This document shows, in pieces, positions 9,579 through 19,185 of a DNA stretch of 64,000 nt (position 1 is the first letter of the stretch; every line of letters begins with the position of its first letter). The notes below the pieces were generated by a model. That model was not told the origin of the DNA, did not search any database, and saw only the letters and a list, made by a program, of their open reading frames with translations. A program made the position numbers and the translations under genes. The stretch is from Candidatus Levyibacteriota bacterium (GTDB lineage Bacteria > Patescibacteriota > Microgenomatia > Levybacterales > UBA12049): assembly GCA_016199085.1 (NCBI GenBank), contig JACQHJ010000002.1, forward strand, positions 31,000 to 94,999, given 5' to 3'.

Positions 9579-10112
9579 TTAAAGTTTTGTGTTATCAGTT
9601 TGTTCTTCTTTAGTAAAAATTCCCAACGAATTGCCACAAAATTTGTGAAAGTGTAATTCTATTAAGGTTTTGCCTATCTTTTCTTTCCACCAGACATGAA
9701 ATCCTTTTCTCTGTTCATCAAGAGGGTCAATATCCAAATCTTGTCCGCACTCATCACAGATAAATGTTTTAAGTTTTGGTTCTTCATAATCTGGCCAGGA
9801 GGAAACAATCTCTTTAAATCTTTGTATTGTCTTTTCGGAAAATTTATATTCGTTGCCAAAAGTATTTCTGTCTACCAATTCTTTCTTTGACTGATCAATT
9901 TTAATAACCCCTTTTTTAAACTGGGTTTCACAGGCATCGTTGCATATGTGGATAGGTAATTTATAATCTCCTGAATTTAACCAGTGGTACCAGGCCTCAT
10001 TTTTATATTCCTGGCAGTTTGCACATCGAAAGCCTCTGTATTCGGGAGATTCACTGGGGCACCAAGTCCCCACTATTTCTAAAAGAAGTTGTTGCTCTTT
10101 ATTTTTATCCAT
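9579..10112 (-). CDS. Cys-rich hypothetical protein (possible zinc-ribbon protein)
   Basis: 177 aa with several CxxC pairs (CANCQ, CNDAC, CDEC); host-like Lys-rich composition. Confidence 0.45.
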   Translation of the reverse strand: MDKNKEQQLLLEIVGTWCPSESPEYRGFRCANCQEYKNEAWYHWLNSGDYKLPIHICNDACETQFKKGVIKIDQSKKELVDRNTFGNEYKFSEKTIQRFKEIVSSWPDYEEPKLKTFICDECGQDLDIDPLDEQRKGFHVWWKEKIGKTLIELHFHKFCGNSLGIFTKEEQTDNTKL

Positions 10113-10148
10113 AAGAGTACATAGATATTCTATCAGATTTTATAAAAC

Positions 10149-10442
10149 TTAATGAATAGCTCTAATTCTTCTTGCTGTTCTTAATGCGCCAGCTAATGTC
10201 CTAATGAGACTTTTTCCTTTTACGGGATCTTCTCGTCTTTTTTGTTTAACTTGATTAAGAAAGTCTCTTGTATAAATAATGCATCTATCGGGAAATTCCA
10301 ATCTATATGACATAGCAGTGTCATAAGTTACTATAAAAGCTGCCATAAACAGGGAATGGCCTCTTTTTTGTTCTTTGGGCAATATTATTTCCTCTTCGTA
10401 ATTGCTCCTTCTTGCAATTTGTTGTTTTTCATGATTTTGCAT
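10149..10442 (-). CDS. Hypothetical small protein (Arg-rich), uncertain
   Basis: 97-aa ORF divergent from proS; no motif; could be a spurious frame in the proS upstream region. Confidence 0.2.
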   Translation of the reverse strand: MQNHEKQQIARRSNYEEEIILPKEQKRGHSLFMAAFIVTYDTAMSYRLEFPDRCIIYTRDFLNQVKQKRREDPVKGKSLIRTLAGALRTARRIRAIH

Positions 10443-10490
10443 AAGAGGAGAGTATACAACAACTTAATAAAAAATGTTATACTCAAACTC

Positions 10491-11720
10491 ATGAGGTACT
10501 CGGGTCTTTTTCCAAAAACTTTAAAGACAGCTCCAAGCGGGGCAGAGTCTCTAAATCACAAATTATTAGTTAGAGCAGGATACATTGATCAGTTAATGGC
10601 AGGCTCTTTTACGTTACTTCCCTTAGGTTTTAGGGTTGTAGAAAAGATTAAAGAAATCATAAGGGAAGAATTAAATAAAACTGGAGCCCAAGAGCTTTTA
10701 ATGCCCCTACTTCATCCAAGAGATATCTGGGATCAAAGCGGAAGATGGTCCAAGCCTGAAGTAAGAAAGATAATGTATCAGTTCAAGGATATTCATGATA
10801 AAGAGTTCGGACTCTCTTTTACCCATGAAGAAATAGTTATGGACCTTCTTTCTAAGTTTATACAAAGCTATAAGGATTTACCCGTAAAGGTTTATCATTT
10901 TTCAACCAAATTCAGAAACGAACCAAGAGCCAAGTCTGGGATTTTAAGAGGCAGGGAATTTATGATGAAAGATTTATACAGCGCCCATACCACAGAAGAG
11001 GATATGTATTTGTATTACAACCAGATAAAAGATATCTATCCAAAGATTTTTAAAAGAATTGGACTTGAGGTAAAAGTCGTTGAGGCTAGTGGGGGCGTAT
11101 TTACGCCTTCCCACAGCCACGAATTCCAGGTTTTATGTAGAGTTGGAGAAGATACGATCTTTTACTGTGATAAATGTGATTTTGCCCAAAATAAAGAAAT
11201 TTTTCAAGGACAAGAGGGGAGTAAATGCCCAAACTGCGATGGAAAAATACTTACCGCAAAATCCATTGAAGTTGGCAATATCTTTCCTTTGGGTACGGAT
11301 TTTTCAATAAATCAGAAAGTTTTCTATACAGATGCCAATGGCAAACAAAACCCAATCTGGTTTGCAAGCTACGGCATCGGTCCAACAAGGGTTTTGGGTA
11401 CACTGGCTGAGGTTTTTAATGATGAAAATGGTCTTATTTTTCCCAAATCGGTCGCCCCGTTTGATGTCCACTTAATTAGTCTATCTAAAACCGAAGAAGC
11501 CAAAAAAATCGAGGAAGAACTTGAAAAAAACGGATTTGAAGTTCTATATGATGATAGGGAAGTAACGGCGGGAGAGAAATTTGCCACGGCAGATTTGATT
11601 GGAATTCCGGTAAGACTGGTTGTTAGCGAGAAAACCGGCGGGAAAATTGAATTTAAACAAAGAAATAAAAAGGAAAGCCAGCTTTTAACTTTAGAAGAAG
11701 TTTTGGAGAAATTAAAATAA
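10491..11720 (+). CDS. proS: Prolyl-tRNA synthetase (short form)
   Basis: N-terminus MRYSGLFPKTLKTAPSGAESLNHKLLVRAGYIDQLMAGSFTLLPLG aligns with the ProRS N-terminus, class II motifs FRNEPR, GILRGREFMMKD; start moved to ATG 10491 from the track's 10356. Confidence 0.8.
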   Translation: MRYSGLFPKTLKTAPSGAESLNHKLLVRAGYIDQLMAGSFTLLPLGFRVVEKIKEIIREELNKTGAQELLMPLLHPRDIWDQSGRWSKPEVRKIMYQFKDIHDKEFGLSFTHEEIVMDLLSKFIQSYKDLPVKVYHFSTKFRNEPRAKSGILRGREFMMKDLYSAHTTEEDMYLYYNQIKDIYPKIFKRIGLEVKVVEASGGVFTPSHSHEFQVLCRVGEDTIFYCDKCDFAQNKEIFQGQEGSKCPNCDGKILTAKSIEVGNIFPLGTDFSINQKVFYTDANGKQNPIWFASYGIGPTRVLGTLAEVFNDENGLIFPKSVAPFDVHLISLSKTEEAKKIEEELEKNGFEVLYDDREVTAGEKFATADLIGIPVRLVVSEKTGGKIEFKQRNKKESQLLTLEEVLEKLK

Positions 11721-12149
11721 CCCAAAGACCTTAGCCCAGATTACGATATAGGCTCCGAAGAATATCAACCCTCCGATTATAAATAAAAGCGGTAACATAT
11801 TTAATTTTTTCTTTTGTGTATTGGTAACCGAGGTAGAAGGAGATTGGGCAAAAAGACCGGAAGGGGGTTCAACGGTTGTAGTAGCAAAGCTTTGACCTAT
11901 TGGCGCAGCTTTATTAAGCGCAGGATCTGGTGCTTGGAGATTTTGACTAGGCACCTGCGATGTTTGCATAAGAGGAGTATTCGGTTGCGGAGTTGGGTTT
12001 TCCTTGGGAGGTTCACCGGCTGGTTGCGGAGCATTAGGTGCAGGTTGAGGTTGCGGGTCAGCACTTTTAGGAGTAAAATTACTTCCCATTACTCTTTCAT
12101 ATGCTTCTCTTAATTTCGGATCCAAATCATTAACGTTTTTAGGATTCAT
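11712..12149 (-). CDS. Pro/Gln-rich tail-anchored membrane protein, compositionally atypical
   Basis: 145 aa; long low-complexity PQPQPAPNAPQPAGEPPKENPTPQP stretch and a single C-terminal TM helix LPLLFIIGGLIFFGAYIVIWA; overlaps the proS 3' end by 9 nt on the opposite strand. Confidence 0.4.
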   Translation of the reverse strand: MNPKNVNDLDPKLREAYERVMGSNFTPKSADPQPQPAPNAPQPAGEPPKENPTPQPNTPLMQTSQVPSQNLQAPDPALNKAAPIGQSFATTTVEPPSGLFAQSPSTSVTNTQKKKLNMLPLLFIIGGLIFFGAYIVIWAKVFGLF

Positions 12150-12208
12150 AGGCAGTATGAGACTATTATACCGTTTTTAACTAAACTCTTGTCAAGGGGA
12201 GTATATGA

Positions 12209-12463
12209 TTAGGCGCCTGCAGGTAGGGGTCTTCCTCTGGCGGTTAATTCCTGTCTTCTTAAAAATTTTTCAACTTGTCCTAATGCTTGAGTTGTATCCT
12301 TTAATTTAGGACATGTTGACGGAGTTTGTTCCCAAACCGTCTGGGGTTGGACACCGGGACATATCCCTAAAGCATAAAAATCACAAGTTGTAAGACCGGT
12401 TGCGGATTCACCTCTTGCAGCAGCGGCTCTTGCCGCTAATTTTAATAATTCACATTCAACCAT
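12209..12463 (-). CDS. Hypothetical small protein, compositionally atypical (Ala/Arg-rich, 4 Cys)
   Basis: 84-aa ORF between the Pro-rich ORF and the VanX-like gene; no motif. Confidence 0.3.
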   Translation of the reverse strand: MVECELLKLAARAAAARGESATGLTTCDFYALGICPGVQPQTVWEQTPSTCPKLKDTTQALGQVEKFLRRQELTARGRPLPAGA

Positions 12464-12539
12464 ATATTCAAACCAAAAAATTATAGTAACTTTAACAGTG
12501 TTATGTCTGTGATAAATGTCTTAAAATTTGTTTTGGTAT

Positions 12540-13691
12540 TTAATTTGCTTGGGGTGAAATTTCTTCCGAATTGGGCAGAGAGGTTTGAGCATAATTACCA
12601 TCTCTTCGTAATGATTTTTCTACAGCTTGTCTGGCTTTCCCCAATGGATCCTTATTTCGTCCCAATGCTCGGTCTAAGAAGCTTCTTCTATGTCGAGGTC
12701 GCCAACCGTCTTGGATTCGCAATACTCCTAGCCTATGTTGTTGTCTAATTTTTTCATGTTCTAGGTTTTCGGCAGATAATGCTATCCTTCCAAAATTTGC
12801 TGTTTCAAGTCCTGCTGTTTTTGCCCCCATCTGGGATTTGGGAGAATTAAAATGCCACCATTCATCTGGATATGCTTGCAGGCCAACGTCTTTCATTATA
12901 TGATACAAAAGTCTTCTATTTCTTAAAGCCTCATTTTCCTCATCCGTAAGTGGTCTTTCTTGCGCTAATTGTTCAAAGTATGTTGAGGAAGCTTTTTCGC
13001 CGCCGTGATCAAATGGGGTCCCAAAATAAAGGTAGGCCCCATGGCTTTTAATAGTTGTCATTTCCATTTCTAGGTCATATCTATGCAAGTCTGTGTCTGG
13101 TAAATCTTTGATTTCCTCCTCAATCTCACTTATTCTTTGTGCTTGCTCATCTGGGACTCTTATGATTGCAAGATCAACCGCTCCGCCCGTATTGTGGGGA
13201 GAAGGTTTTGCTGGGTCGCTAGAGGGTAAAGAAACAAATTTTTGTGCCTCGGTCGTTAATTGTTCTTCTGTCCAATCAGGATGTAATTTTTGTAATTCTG
13301 AATAGTATTTTTCATATAAAGCTCCTTGTATTTGTAATGTTCTATATGCGTCATGGATTATTAGGAAATGGTTTCTTGGGAGGAGTGCTTGAGCTTTTTC
13401 CAGAGCCTCGGCAACACTTGGTCTTACAAACATAGTTGTCAAAGATCCAGGAAGTCTTTGCGGATCTACTAAGTTCTGGTCTTGCCTGTAGGGAGAGTTA
13501 TCTCTTTCTCCAGAGTAAATTGAATCAGTGAAGATTCTAGGATGGTTTGAAAAAGCACCTAATGGGACAAGGTAAGCATCTTCTCCTAGCTGTTCGGGTG
13601 CGATGGGGATTTCTTTCCAGCCAGCGACGCTTGGTATATTAAGAGGTATTGGAATATCTCTTCTATCAATTGAGGTTGATTTTTCAGGCAT
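12540..13691 (-). CDS. VanX/DdpX-type D-Ala-D-Ala dipeptidase homolog (LAS zinc metallopeptidase) with N- and C-terminal extensions
   Basis: SPHNTGGAVDLAII (SxHxxGxAxD zinc-ligand motif) and DEWWHF (ExxH catalytic motif) as in VanX; 383 aa versus about 200 aa for VanX; 7 nt downstream of ddl on the same strand; atypical composition. Confidence 0.5.
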   Translation of the reverse strand: MPEKSTSIDRRDIPIPLNIPSVAGWKEIPIAPEQLGEDAYLVPLGAFSNHPRIFTDSIYSGERDNSPYRQDQNLVDPQRLPGSLTTMFVRPSVAEALEKAQALLPRNHFLIIHDAYRTLQIQGALYEKYYSELQKLHPDWTEEQLTTEAQKFVSLPSSDPAKPSPHNTGGAVDLAIIRVPDEQAQRISEIEEEIKDLPDTDLHRYDLEMEMTTIKSHGAYLYFGTPFDHGGEKASSTYFEQLAQERPLTDEENEALRNRRLLYHIMKDVGLQAYPDEWWHFNSPKSQMGAKTAGLETANFGRIALSAENLEHEKIRQQHRLGVLRIQDGWRPRHRRSFLDRALGRNKDPLGKARQAVEKSLRRDGNYAQTSLPNSEEISPQAN

Positions 13692-13698
13692 AAGAAAA

Positions 13699-14631
13699 TT
13701 ATACTGCTTTTTTAATTAATATTTCTAAGAATTCATTGAAACTTAGGCCTACTGCCTTTGCTTCTTTCGGAAGAAGGCTTCCTTCGGTAAGACCTGGAAT
13801 TGTATTAACATCAATTGCGTAGGGAATATCTTTATAGACCATAAAATCGGTTCGTGAATAAGTTCCTAAATCAAATGCATTGTGAATCCTTAAAGTTAAG
13901 TCCTGTATTTTTTCCTGAAGCCCTTTATCTAAAGATGGGGCAAAGGGAATTTCCTTGGTAGTATTGTCGTATTTGACTTTATAGGAAAACCAGGTGTCTT
14001 TCGTAGGAACTATTTCGATAATCGGGAGTGCTTTCTTATTAAGTATTCCTACAGTTATATCATATCCTTTAAGATATTCTTCAACGAAAGTTGGAGTATT
14101 AAAGGAAAGTATCTTTTTAACATCGGCTCTATTTAAATCATCTTTTGTTTTTATAATAGCGACTTCTCTTGATGAACCTCCGTTTGAAGTTTTTAAAACA
14201 CAGGGAATACCAAACTTTAAAATATCATTTTTGTTTTTAACAATTTTCCATTTTGGAGTTTTAATGCCATTTTTATCGCAATACTTTTTAAAAGGAATTT
14301 TATACCAACCACCTTTAAGACCTTTATAATTTCTTGTTCCGACAATCGGTTTATTAATGCTTGCTAAAAATTTATGTAATTTTCCACCTTCTCCTTCTTC
14401 TCCGTGCAAAACAGGGAAGAGAACATCAAAATCTTTTGAAACCTTTTTAATAGGTAAATAACCGTTTCTTAGGTCGTACAACTTAACTTTATGTCCGTTT
14501 TGGATAAATGTTTTCTTAACATTTCTTGCAGAATTTAAAGAAACAGGTCTTTCCGAGGAATTGCCGCCTGTAATGATCAATATCTTCATAAAAGGTTCTT
14601 TATATGTATCATTTTGATCCTGTTTTGTCAA
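13699..14631 (-). CDS. ddl: D-alanine--D-alanine ligase
   Basis: ATP-grasp Ddl motifs: N-terminal KILIITGGNSSERPVSLNSA, VLFPVLHGEEGEGG, C-terminal EIPFAPSLD...GLSF. Confidence 0.8.
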   Translation of the reverse strand: MTKQDQNDTYKEPFMKILIITGGNSSERPVSLNSARNVKKTFIQNGHKVKLYDLRNGYLPIKKVSKDFDVLFPVLHGEEGEGGKLHKFLASINKPIVGTRNYKGLKGGWYKIPFKKYCDKNGIKTPKWKIVKNKNDILKFGIPCVLKTSNGGSSREVAIIKTKDDLNRADVKKILSFNTPTFVEEYLKGYDITVGILNKKALPIIEIVPTKDTWFSYKVKYDNTTKEIPFAPSLDKGLQEKIQDLTLRIHNAFDLGTYSRTDFMVYKDIPYAIDVNTIPGLTEGSLLPKEAKAVGLSFNEFLEILIKKAV

Positions 14632-14678
14632 AGTAGGGCTTTTAAATTGAAGCTAAAAAGCGTACAATAGTTAAATAA

Positions 14679-15578
14679 ATGAAAAGAATTGTTACCCATA
14701 CATCACCGGACATGGATGCAATCACATCCGTCTGGCTAATATTACGTTACCTCCCAGGCTGGGAGACAGCGGAGGTTAGATTTGTTCCTGCAGGAGACAG
14801 AATCGGAAACTTAACGCCTGATCAGGCAACAAAATTAACAGAGCCTATTGAAATAATCGGGGGAAACGAGGTTTTACAGGTTGATACTGGTCTTGGTCCT
14901 TTAGATCATCACCAGACATCTGACAAAAACACCTGTGGAGCATCGTTAACTTTTGATTATGTCAAAAAAACCATCAAAGATGGCGCAATAAACCCCGAGA
15001 AATTAGAGGCACTTACAAGAATTGTTAAATACGTTGTCGAAGTTGACCATTTCAAGGAAGTTTTCAGACACGACCCTTTGGCAAATTACCAAAACTTTTC
15101 CATAACGGACATCTTAGACGGCCTTAAATACCAGCATCCAAATGACGATAGATACTATGTTGAGTTTATCTCTCTTTGTTTGGACGCACTTGTCCATGAA
15201 TTGGAAAATAACTCTTTTGCTGAAAAAGAAATCAAAGAAAAAGGCATAGAATTTGAAACAAAATGGGGAAAAGGGCTTGGGGTTGAAACTATTAACGATA
15301 CTGTCGTTAAAATGGCACAGCTGATGGGTTACATAATTGTCGTAAGACGAGATCCGAGAAAAGGCTATGTCAGAATCAAGACAAAACCAGATAAAGACGG
15401 GGAAAAAGGAATTGATTTAACCCTGATTAGTGAGAAACTAAAGAAGATGGACCCAAATGCCACCTGGTTTTTACACGTTTCCAAGAAAATGCTTTTAAAC
15501 GGAACACCCAAAAACCCGAAGATGAAACCGACCAAGCTAACACTTAATGATATAATAGAAGTATTAAAAGGAGTGTAA
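14679..15578 (+). CDS. DHH-family phosphoesterase
   Basis: Motif I HTSPDMDAITS and DHHQ motif. Confidence 0.65.
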   Translation: MKRIVTHTSPDMDAITSVWLILRYLPGWETAEVRFVPAGDRIGNLTPDQATKLTEPIEIIGGNEVLQVDTGLGPLDHHQTSDKNTCGASLTFDYVKKTIKDGAINPEKLEALTRIVKYVVEVDHFKEVFRHDPLANYQNFSITDILDGLKYQHPNDDRYYVEFISLCLDALVHELENNSFAEKEIKEKGIEFETKWGKGLGVETINDTVVKMAQLMGYIIVVRRDPRKGYVRIKTKPDKDGEKGIDLTLISEKLKKMDPNATWFLHVSKKMLLNGTPKNPKMKPTKLTLNDIIEVLKGV

Positions 15579-15583
15579 TTTTT

Positions 15584-15994
15584 ATGGAAGAAAACTGTAT
15601 TTTTTGTAAATTAGTCAGAAAAGAAGTTCCTGTTAATGTGGTTTTTGAAAACGATGACGTTTTGTCATTTTTAGAACTTAACCAATCGGTTGAGGGGCAT
15701 GTTATGGTCATTTTGAAAAAACACGGCAAAAGCATTTTCGATTACGATGAAAAAGATTTAGGAAAACTGATGAGTGGGGTAAGTAAGGTAAGTAAAAAAG
15801 TCCAAAAAGCGTTAACGGCGGATTCTTTGACCATCGGAATTAACCACCTTGAGAAGCAAGGAGTGCCGCATTTGCATATTCACATTATTCCAAGACATGA
15901 AAACGATAAAGGTGGTATTATTCAGTCAATTGTTAGAGGAGAAGTTAAAAGATCAAGAGAGGAAATTACGCAAATGATTATTAATGCAAACTAA
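15584..15994 (+). CDS. HIT-family (histidine triad) protein
   Basis: CIFCKL N-terminus and HLHIHIIP histidine triad. Confidence 0.8.
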   Translation: MEENCIFCKLVRKEVPVNVVFENDDVLSFLELNQSVEGHVMVILKKHGKSIFDYDEKDLGKLMSGVSKVSKKVQKALTADSLTIGINHLEKQGVPHLHIHIIPRHENDKGGIIQSIVRGEVKRSREEITQMIINAN

Positions 15995-16014
15995 AAGGAG
16001 GTGTTTTTATTTTT

Positions 16015-16203
16015 ATGGTAGTAGTTAAAAAAATGCCCGGCGATAGCGACGAAGCATTAATCAGAAAATTTTCAAGAAAAGTAATTAACGAGGGAATTTT
16101 GCAGGAAGCAAAAAGACGCGAATTTTATCTAAAGCCCTCCCAGGCTAAAAAACAAAAAGAACAGGATGAAAGAAGGGCAAGAAGGTTGCCTAATGCCGCT
16201 TAA
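16015..16203 (+). CDS. rpsU: 30S ribosomal protein S21
   Basis: 62 aa; ALIRKFSRKV...EAKRREFYLKPS matches S21; strong SD AAGGAGGTG upstream. Confidence 0.8.
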   Translation: MVVVKKMPGDSDEALIRKFSRKVINEGILQEAKRREFYLKPSQAKKQKEQDERRARRLPNAA

Positions 16204-16211
16204 TTTTAAAA

Positions 16212-16601
16212 ATGGATAAAAACGTATCGGTCCCAATTTTTGTTGAATCTAGATACAGAATAAACAGAAAGAAAATTAAACAGGTAGTAGTTAATACTTT
16301 GGCAAAACACCAAATCATAGGACCTGTCGAAGTTTCTGTTGCAATCGTAGGAGATCGAAAAATGAGGACGTTATCCAAGAAATACAAAAATGAAGATAAG
16401 ACCAGAAATATTCTTTCATTTTCCCAAACAGAAGGGGAGTCTATTAAAACACCAAAAGACACACTAAGACTTGGTGACATAGTCCTTTCTTTCCCTGTTG
16501 TTATCCAGGATGCTTCAAGAGATGAAATGTTGGTTGACGACAAAGTAAATGAACTCGTAGAGCACGGACTTTTGCATTTGCTTGGAATAAATCACGACTA
16601 A
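16212..16601 (+). CDS. ybeY: Endoribonuclease YbeY (rRNA maturation factor)
   Basis: C-terminal HGLLHLLGINHD zinc-binding motif; follows rpsU as is common. Confidence 0.8.
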   Translation: MDKNVSVPIFVESRYRINRKKIKQVVVNTLAKHQIIGPVEVSVAIVGDRKMRTLSKKYKNEDKTRNILSFSQTEGESIKTPKDTLRLGDIVLSFPVVIQDASRDEMLVDDKVNELVEHGLLHLLGINHD

Positions 16602-16608
16602 ATAACTT

Positions 16609-17982
16609 ATGGTTTTTTACAGAAAGTACAGACCGCAAAAAATTGGAGAACTTGACAGCGAGGCTGTTAGAAACAGTTTATATTCAATTTTTAGTAAAAA
16701 GGAAACCCCCCATGCGTTTTTGTTTTCAGGACCAAAGGGACTTGGTAAGACTTCAGCGGCAAGAATTATCGCAAAAGTAATAACTTGCGAAAAACATAAA
16801 GATCTAAAAACTTTTAAGGATGAAAAAGAAATTGAACCGTGCAATAAATGCAGTCAATGCGAATCAATTAAAGAAGGCACAAACCTCGATGTTTATGAAA
16901 TAGACGGTGCATCTAACCGTGGAATTGACGAAATAAGAGACTTAAAAGAAAAGATAAATCTTTTGCCCACAAAAGCTTTTAAAAAAATTTATATTATTGA
17001 TGAAGTCCACATGTTAACGACAGAAGCCTTTAATGCTTTGCTTAAAACCTTAGAAGAGCCTCCCAGCCATGCCGTCTTTATCCTCTGTACGACCGAAAAT
17101 TATAAACTTCCAAAGACTGTTGTCTCCAGATGCTTTAGGGTTGATTTCAAAAAGGCAACTGATGGAGAAATAGTAAGATCTTTAAAAAGAATTGTTAAAG
17201 CGGAAAACATCAAAATTCAAGAGGACGTACTGCTAGAGATATCCCATCTGTCCGAGGGGAGTTTTAGGGATTCTGTCAAGATTTTGGAAGAACTTGTTTT
17301 AACTGCCGGAAGAAAAACAATAACCAAGGGCTTATTATCCAGCACCTATAACACTTTAGGCATAGAAAAAGCTTTGGATGATTTTATAAATGCATTAAGT
17401 AAAAAAGATACAAAAAAAAGTTTTGAGATAATTGCGCTACTCGTAGTAGGAGGAATGGATTTTAAGTTTTTTATAGAAAAACTAATCGACAGATTTCATT
17501 TCATGCTTTTGGTTAAAATCGGTATCGAAGAAAATCAAAGTGATGATTTTACATTGGAAGAAATAAAAAAAGCCTTGGAGCTTTTGGCAAAAGTATATAT
17601 GGACACAAAATTCTCAGTTCTCCCAAGTCTTCCTTTAGAGCTTTTGGTCGTTGAGTGGGGGCAGGAGCGTTCGTCAGATTTATCCCAAAGTGTTTCGGAA
17701 AAAACAGAAGTAAGGCAAGGCGCAGTAAATATAAAACCTAAGCAGACAGTAAATAATTTTTCAGACACTTTTATTAATGAAGTTAAAAATCATAATCATT
17801 TGGTGGCAGGAGTTTTAAGAAGTTGTGAGATAGAAAACGGAAAAGAGACTTTGGAAATTTATGCAATCTCGAAATTTCATAAAGATAAGCTTGAAGAACA
17901 AAAATCAATGGACATTTTATTGGAAGTTGCCAATAAACTGTTGCAAAAAGAGACAAAAATACATATAACTTTAAGGGGGTGA
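16609..17982 (+). CDS. dnaX: DNA polymerase III subunit gamma/tau (short)
   Basis: FRPQ-type start YRKYRPQKIGEL, Walker A GPKGLGKTSAARI, zinc module CNKCSQCESI, DEVHML box. Confidence 0.85.
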   Translation: MVFYRKYRPQKIGELDSEAVRNSLYSIFSKKETPHAFLFSGPKGLGKTSAARIIAKVITCEKHKDLKTFKDEKEIEPCNKCSQCESIKEGTNLDVYEIDGASNRGIDEIRDLKEKINLLPTKAFKKIYIIDEVHMLTTEAFNALLKTLEEPPSHAVFILCTTENYKLPKTVVSRCFRVDFKKATDGEIVRSLKRIVKAENIKIQEDVLLEISHLSEGSFRDSVKILEELVLTAGRKTITKGLLSSTYNTLGIEKALDDFINALSKKDTKKSFEIIALLVVGGMDFKFFIEKLIDRFHFMLLVKIGIEENQSDDFTLEEIKKALELLAKVYMDTKFSVLPSLPLELLVVEWGQERSSDLSQSVSEKTEVRQGAVNIKPKQTVNNFSDTFINEVKNHNHLVAGVLRSCEIENGKETLEIYAISKFHKDKLEEQKSMDILLEVANKLLQKETKIHITLRG

Positions 17983-17989
17983 ACTTTTT

Positions 17990-18274
17990 ATGATAAATCC
18001 ATTTGGACAACTTTCGGAACTTAAAAAAATGAGGGACCAGGCAATGAAAATACAAAAAGAACTTCAGGCAGAGATTCTAACTGTAGAAAAAAACGGAGTG
18101 GAAATAACGATAACGGGTGATCAAAGAATCCAGGAAATAAGAACAAACGAAAGATCAGACAACGACATCAAGGAAGCGGTTAACGAAGCAATTAAAAAAT
18201 CGCAAGAAGTTGCTGCAAGAAAACTTGCCAGCATGCAGGGAGGTCTTTCGGGGCTCTTGGGGCAAGGACAGTAA
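17990..18274 (+). CDS. ybaB: Nucleoid-associated protein YbaB/EbfC
   Basis: 94 aa immediately after dnaX (conserved synteny); LQAEILTVEKNGVEITITGDQRIQEI pattern; SD GGGGGTG. Confidence 0.75.
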   Translation: MINPFGQLSELKKMRDQAMKIQKELQAEILTVEKNGVEITITGDQRIQEIRTNERSDNDIKEAVNEAIKKSQEVAARKLASMQGGLSGLLGQGQ

Positions 18275-18278
18275 GTTT

Positions 18279-19169
18279 ATGAAGTTTTTTTCAGGAAGCC
18301 AAAGCGAAAAGTTAACGCAAAAGGTTTGTAAAAATCTTAATGTCAAACTTTCTCCCATGGAGATATTTGTTTTCGGTGACGGAGAAAAAAGAATAAAACT
18401 AAACGACAATGTTGTAGGACAAGACTGCGTCCTAATTAAATCAACCGGGATACCAACAGACGTTAACTACATGGAGCTTTTCTTTATAATAGACGCTCTT
18501 AAAAGGTCTGGTGCAAAATCAGTTACTCTAGTTATCCCATATTTAGGCTACAGCAGACAAGATCATGTTTTTAGGGAAGGAGAAGATGTTTCTTTGCAGG
18601 TTATAATAAAAACCCTGGAAACTCTTGGAACGGATAAAATAATTACGCTTGATCTTCATTCAATTAAGATTGTGGAATTTTTCAAAGTGCCAATAGTTCA
18701 TCTCTCAGCACTTGAATTATTTGCCAAAGCAATTAAGGACTTTGAAAACTATGTTTTGGTATCGCCCGACATGGGTGGAATAAGAAGAGTAAAGATACTA
18801 AGTGAGTTTTTAAACAATGCTCCTTTTGTCACTATTGAAAAAGACAGGGATCTAAAAACAGCTGATGTGACGATGAATAAATTAAACGGAGAGGTAAAAG
18901 GAAAACTTGCAATTATCGTCGATGACATACTTTCCAGCGGAAAAACACTAAAGATGGCGGCAGATCTTTTAATAGAAAACAAAGCCACTGGTGTTTATTC
19001 TTTTACAACCCACGCAGTTTTGGCTGATGGTGCAGCCGATACTTTACAAGCCTCTCAAATTAAAAAAGTTTTCGTAACAGATACTATTGAGATTCCAAGA
19101 GAAAAACATTTCCCAAAACTTGAGATAATCTCAGTAGCCAACCTTATTACTAGAGCTTTAAGGGGGTAA
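18279..19169 (+). CDS. prs: Ribose-phosphate pyrophosphokinase (PRPP synthetase)
   Basis: MKFFSGSQSEKLTQKVCKNLNV N-terminus, PYLGYSRQD, PRPP-binding loop IVDDILSSGKT; start set at ATG 18279. Confidence 0.8.
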   Translation: MKFFSGSQSEKLTQKVCKNLNVKLSPMEIFVFGDGEKRIKLNDNVVGQDCVLIKSTGIPTDVNYMELFFIIDALKRSGAKSVTLVIPYLGYSRQDHVFREGEDVSLQVIIKTLETLGTDKIITLDLHSIKIVEFFKVPIVHLSALELFAKAIKDFENYVLVSPDMGGIRRVKILSEFLNNAPFVTIEKDRDLKTADVTMNKLNGEVKGKLAIIVDDILSSGKTLKMAADLLIENKATGVYSFTTHAVLADGAADTLQASQIKKVFVTDTIEIPREKHFPKLEIISVANLITRALRG

Positions 19170-19185
19170 TTATTAGTTTACATTT

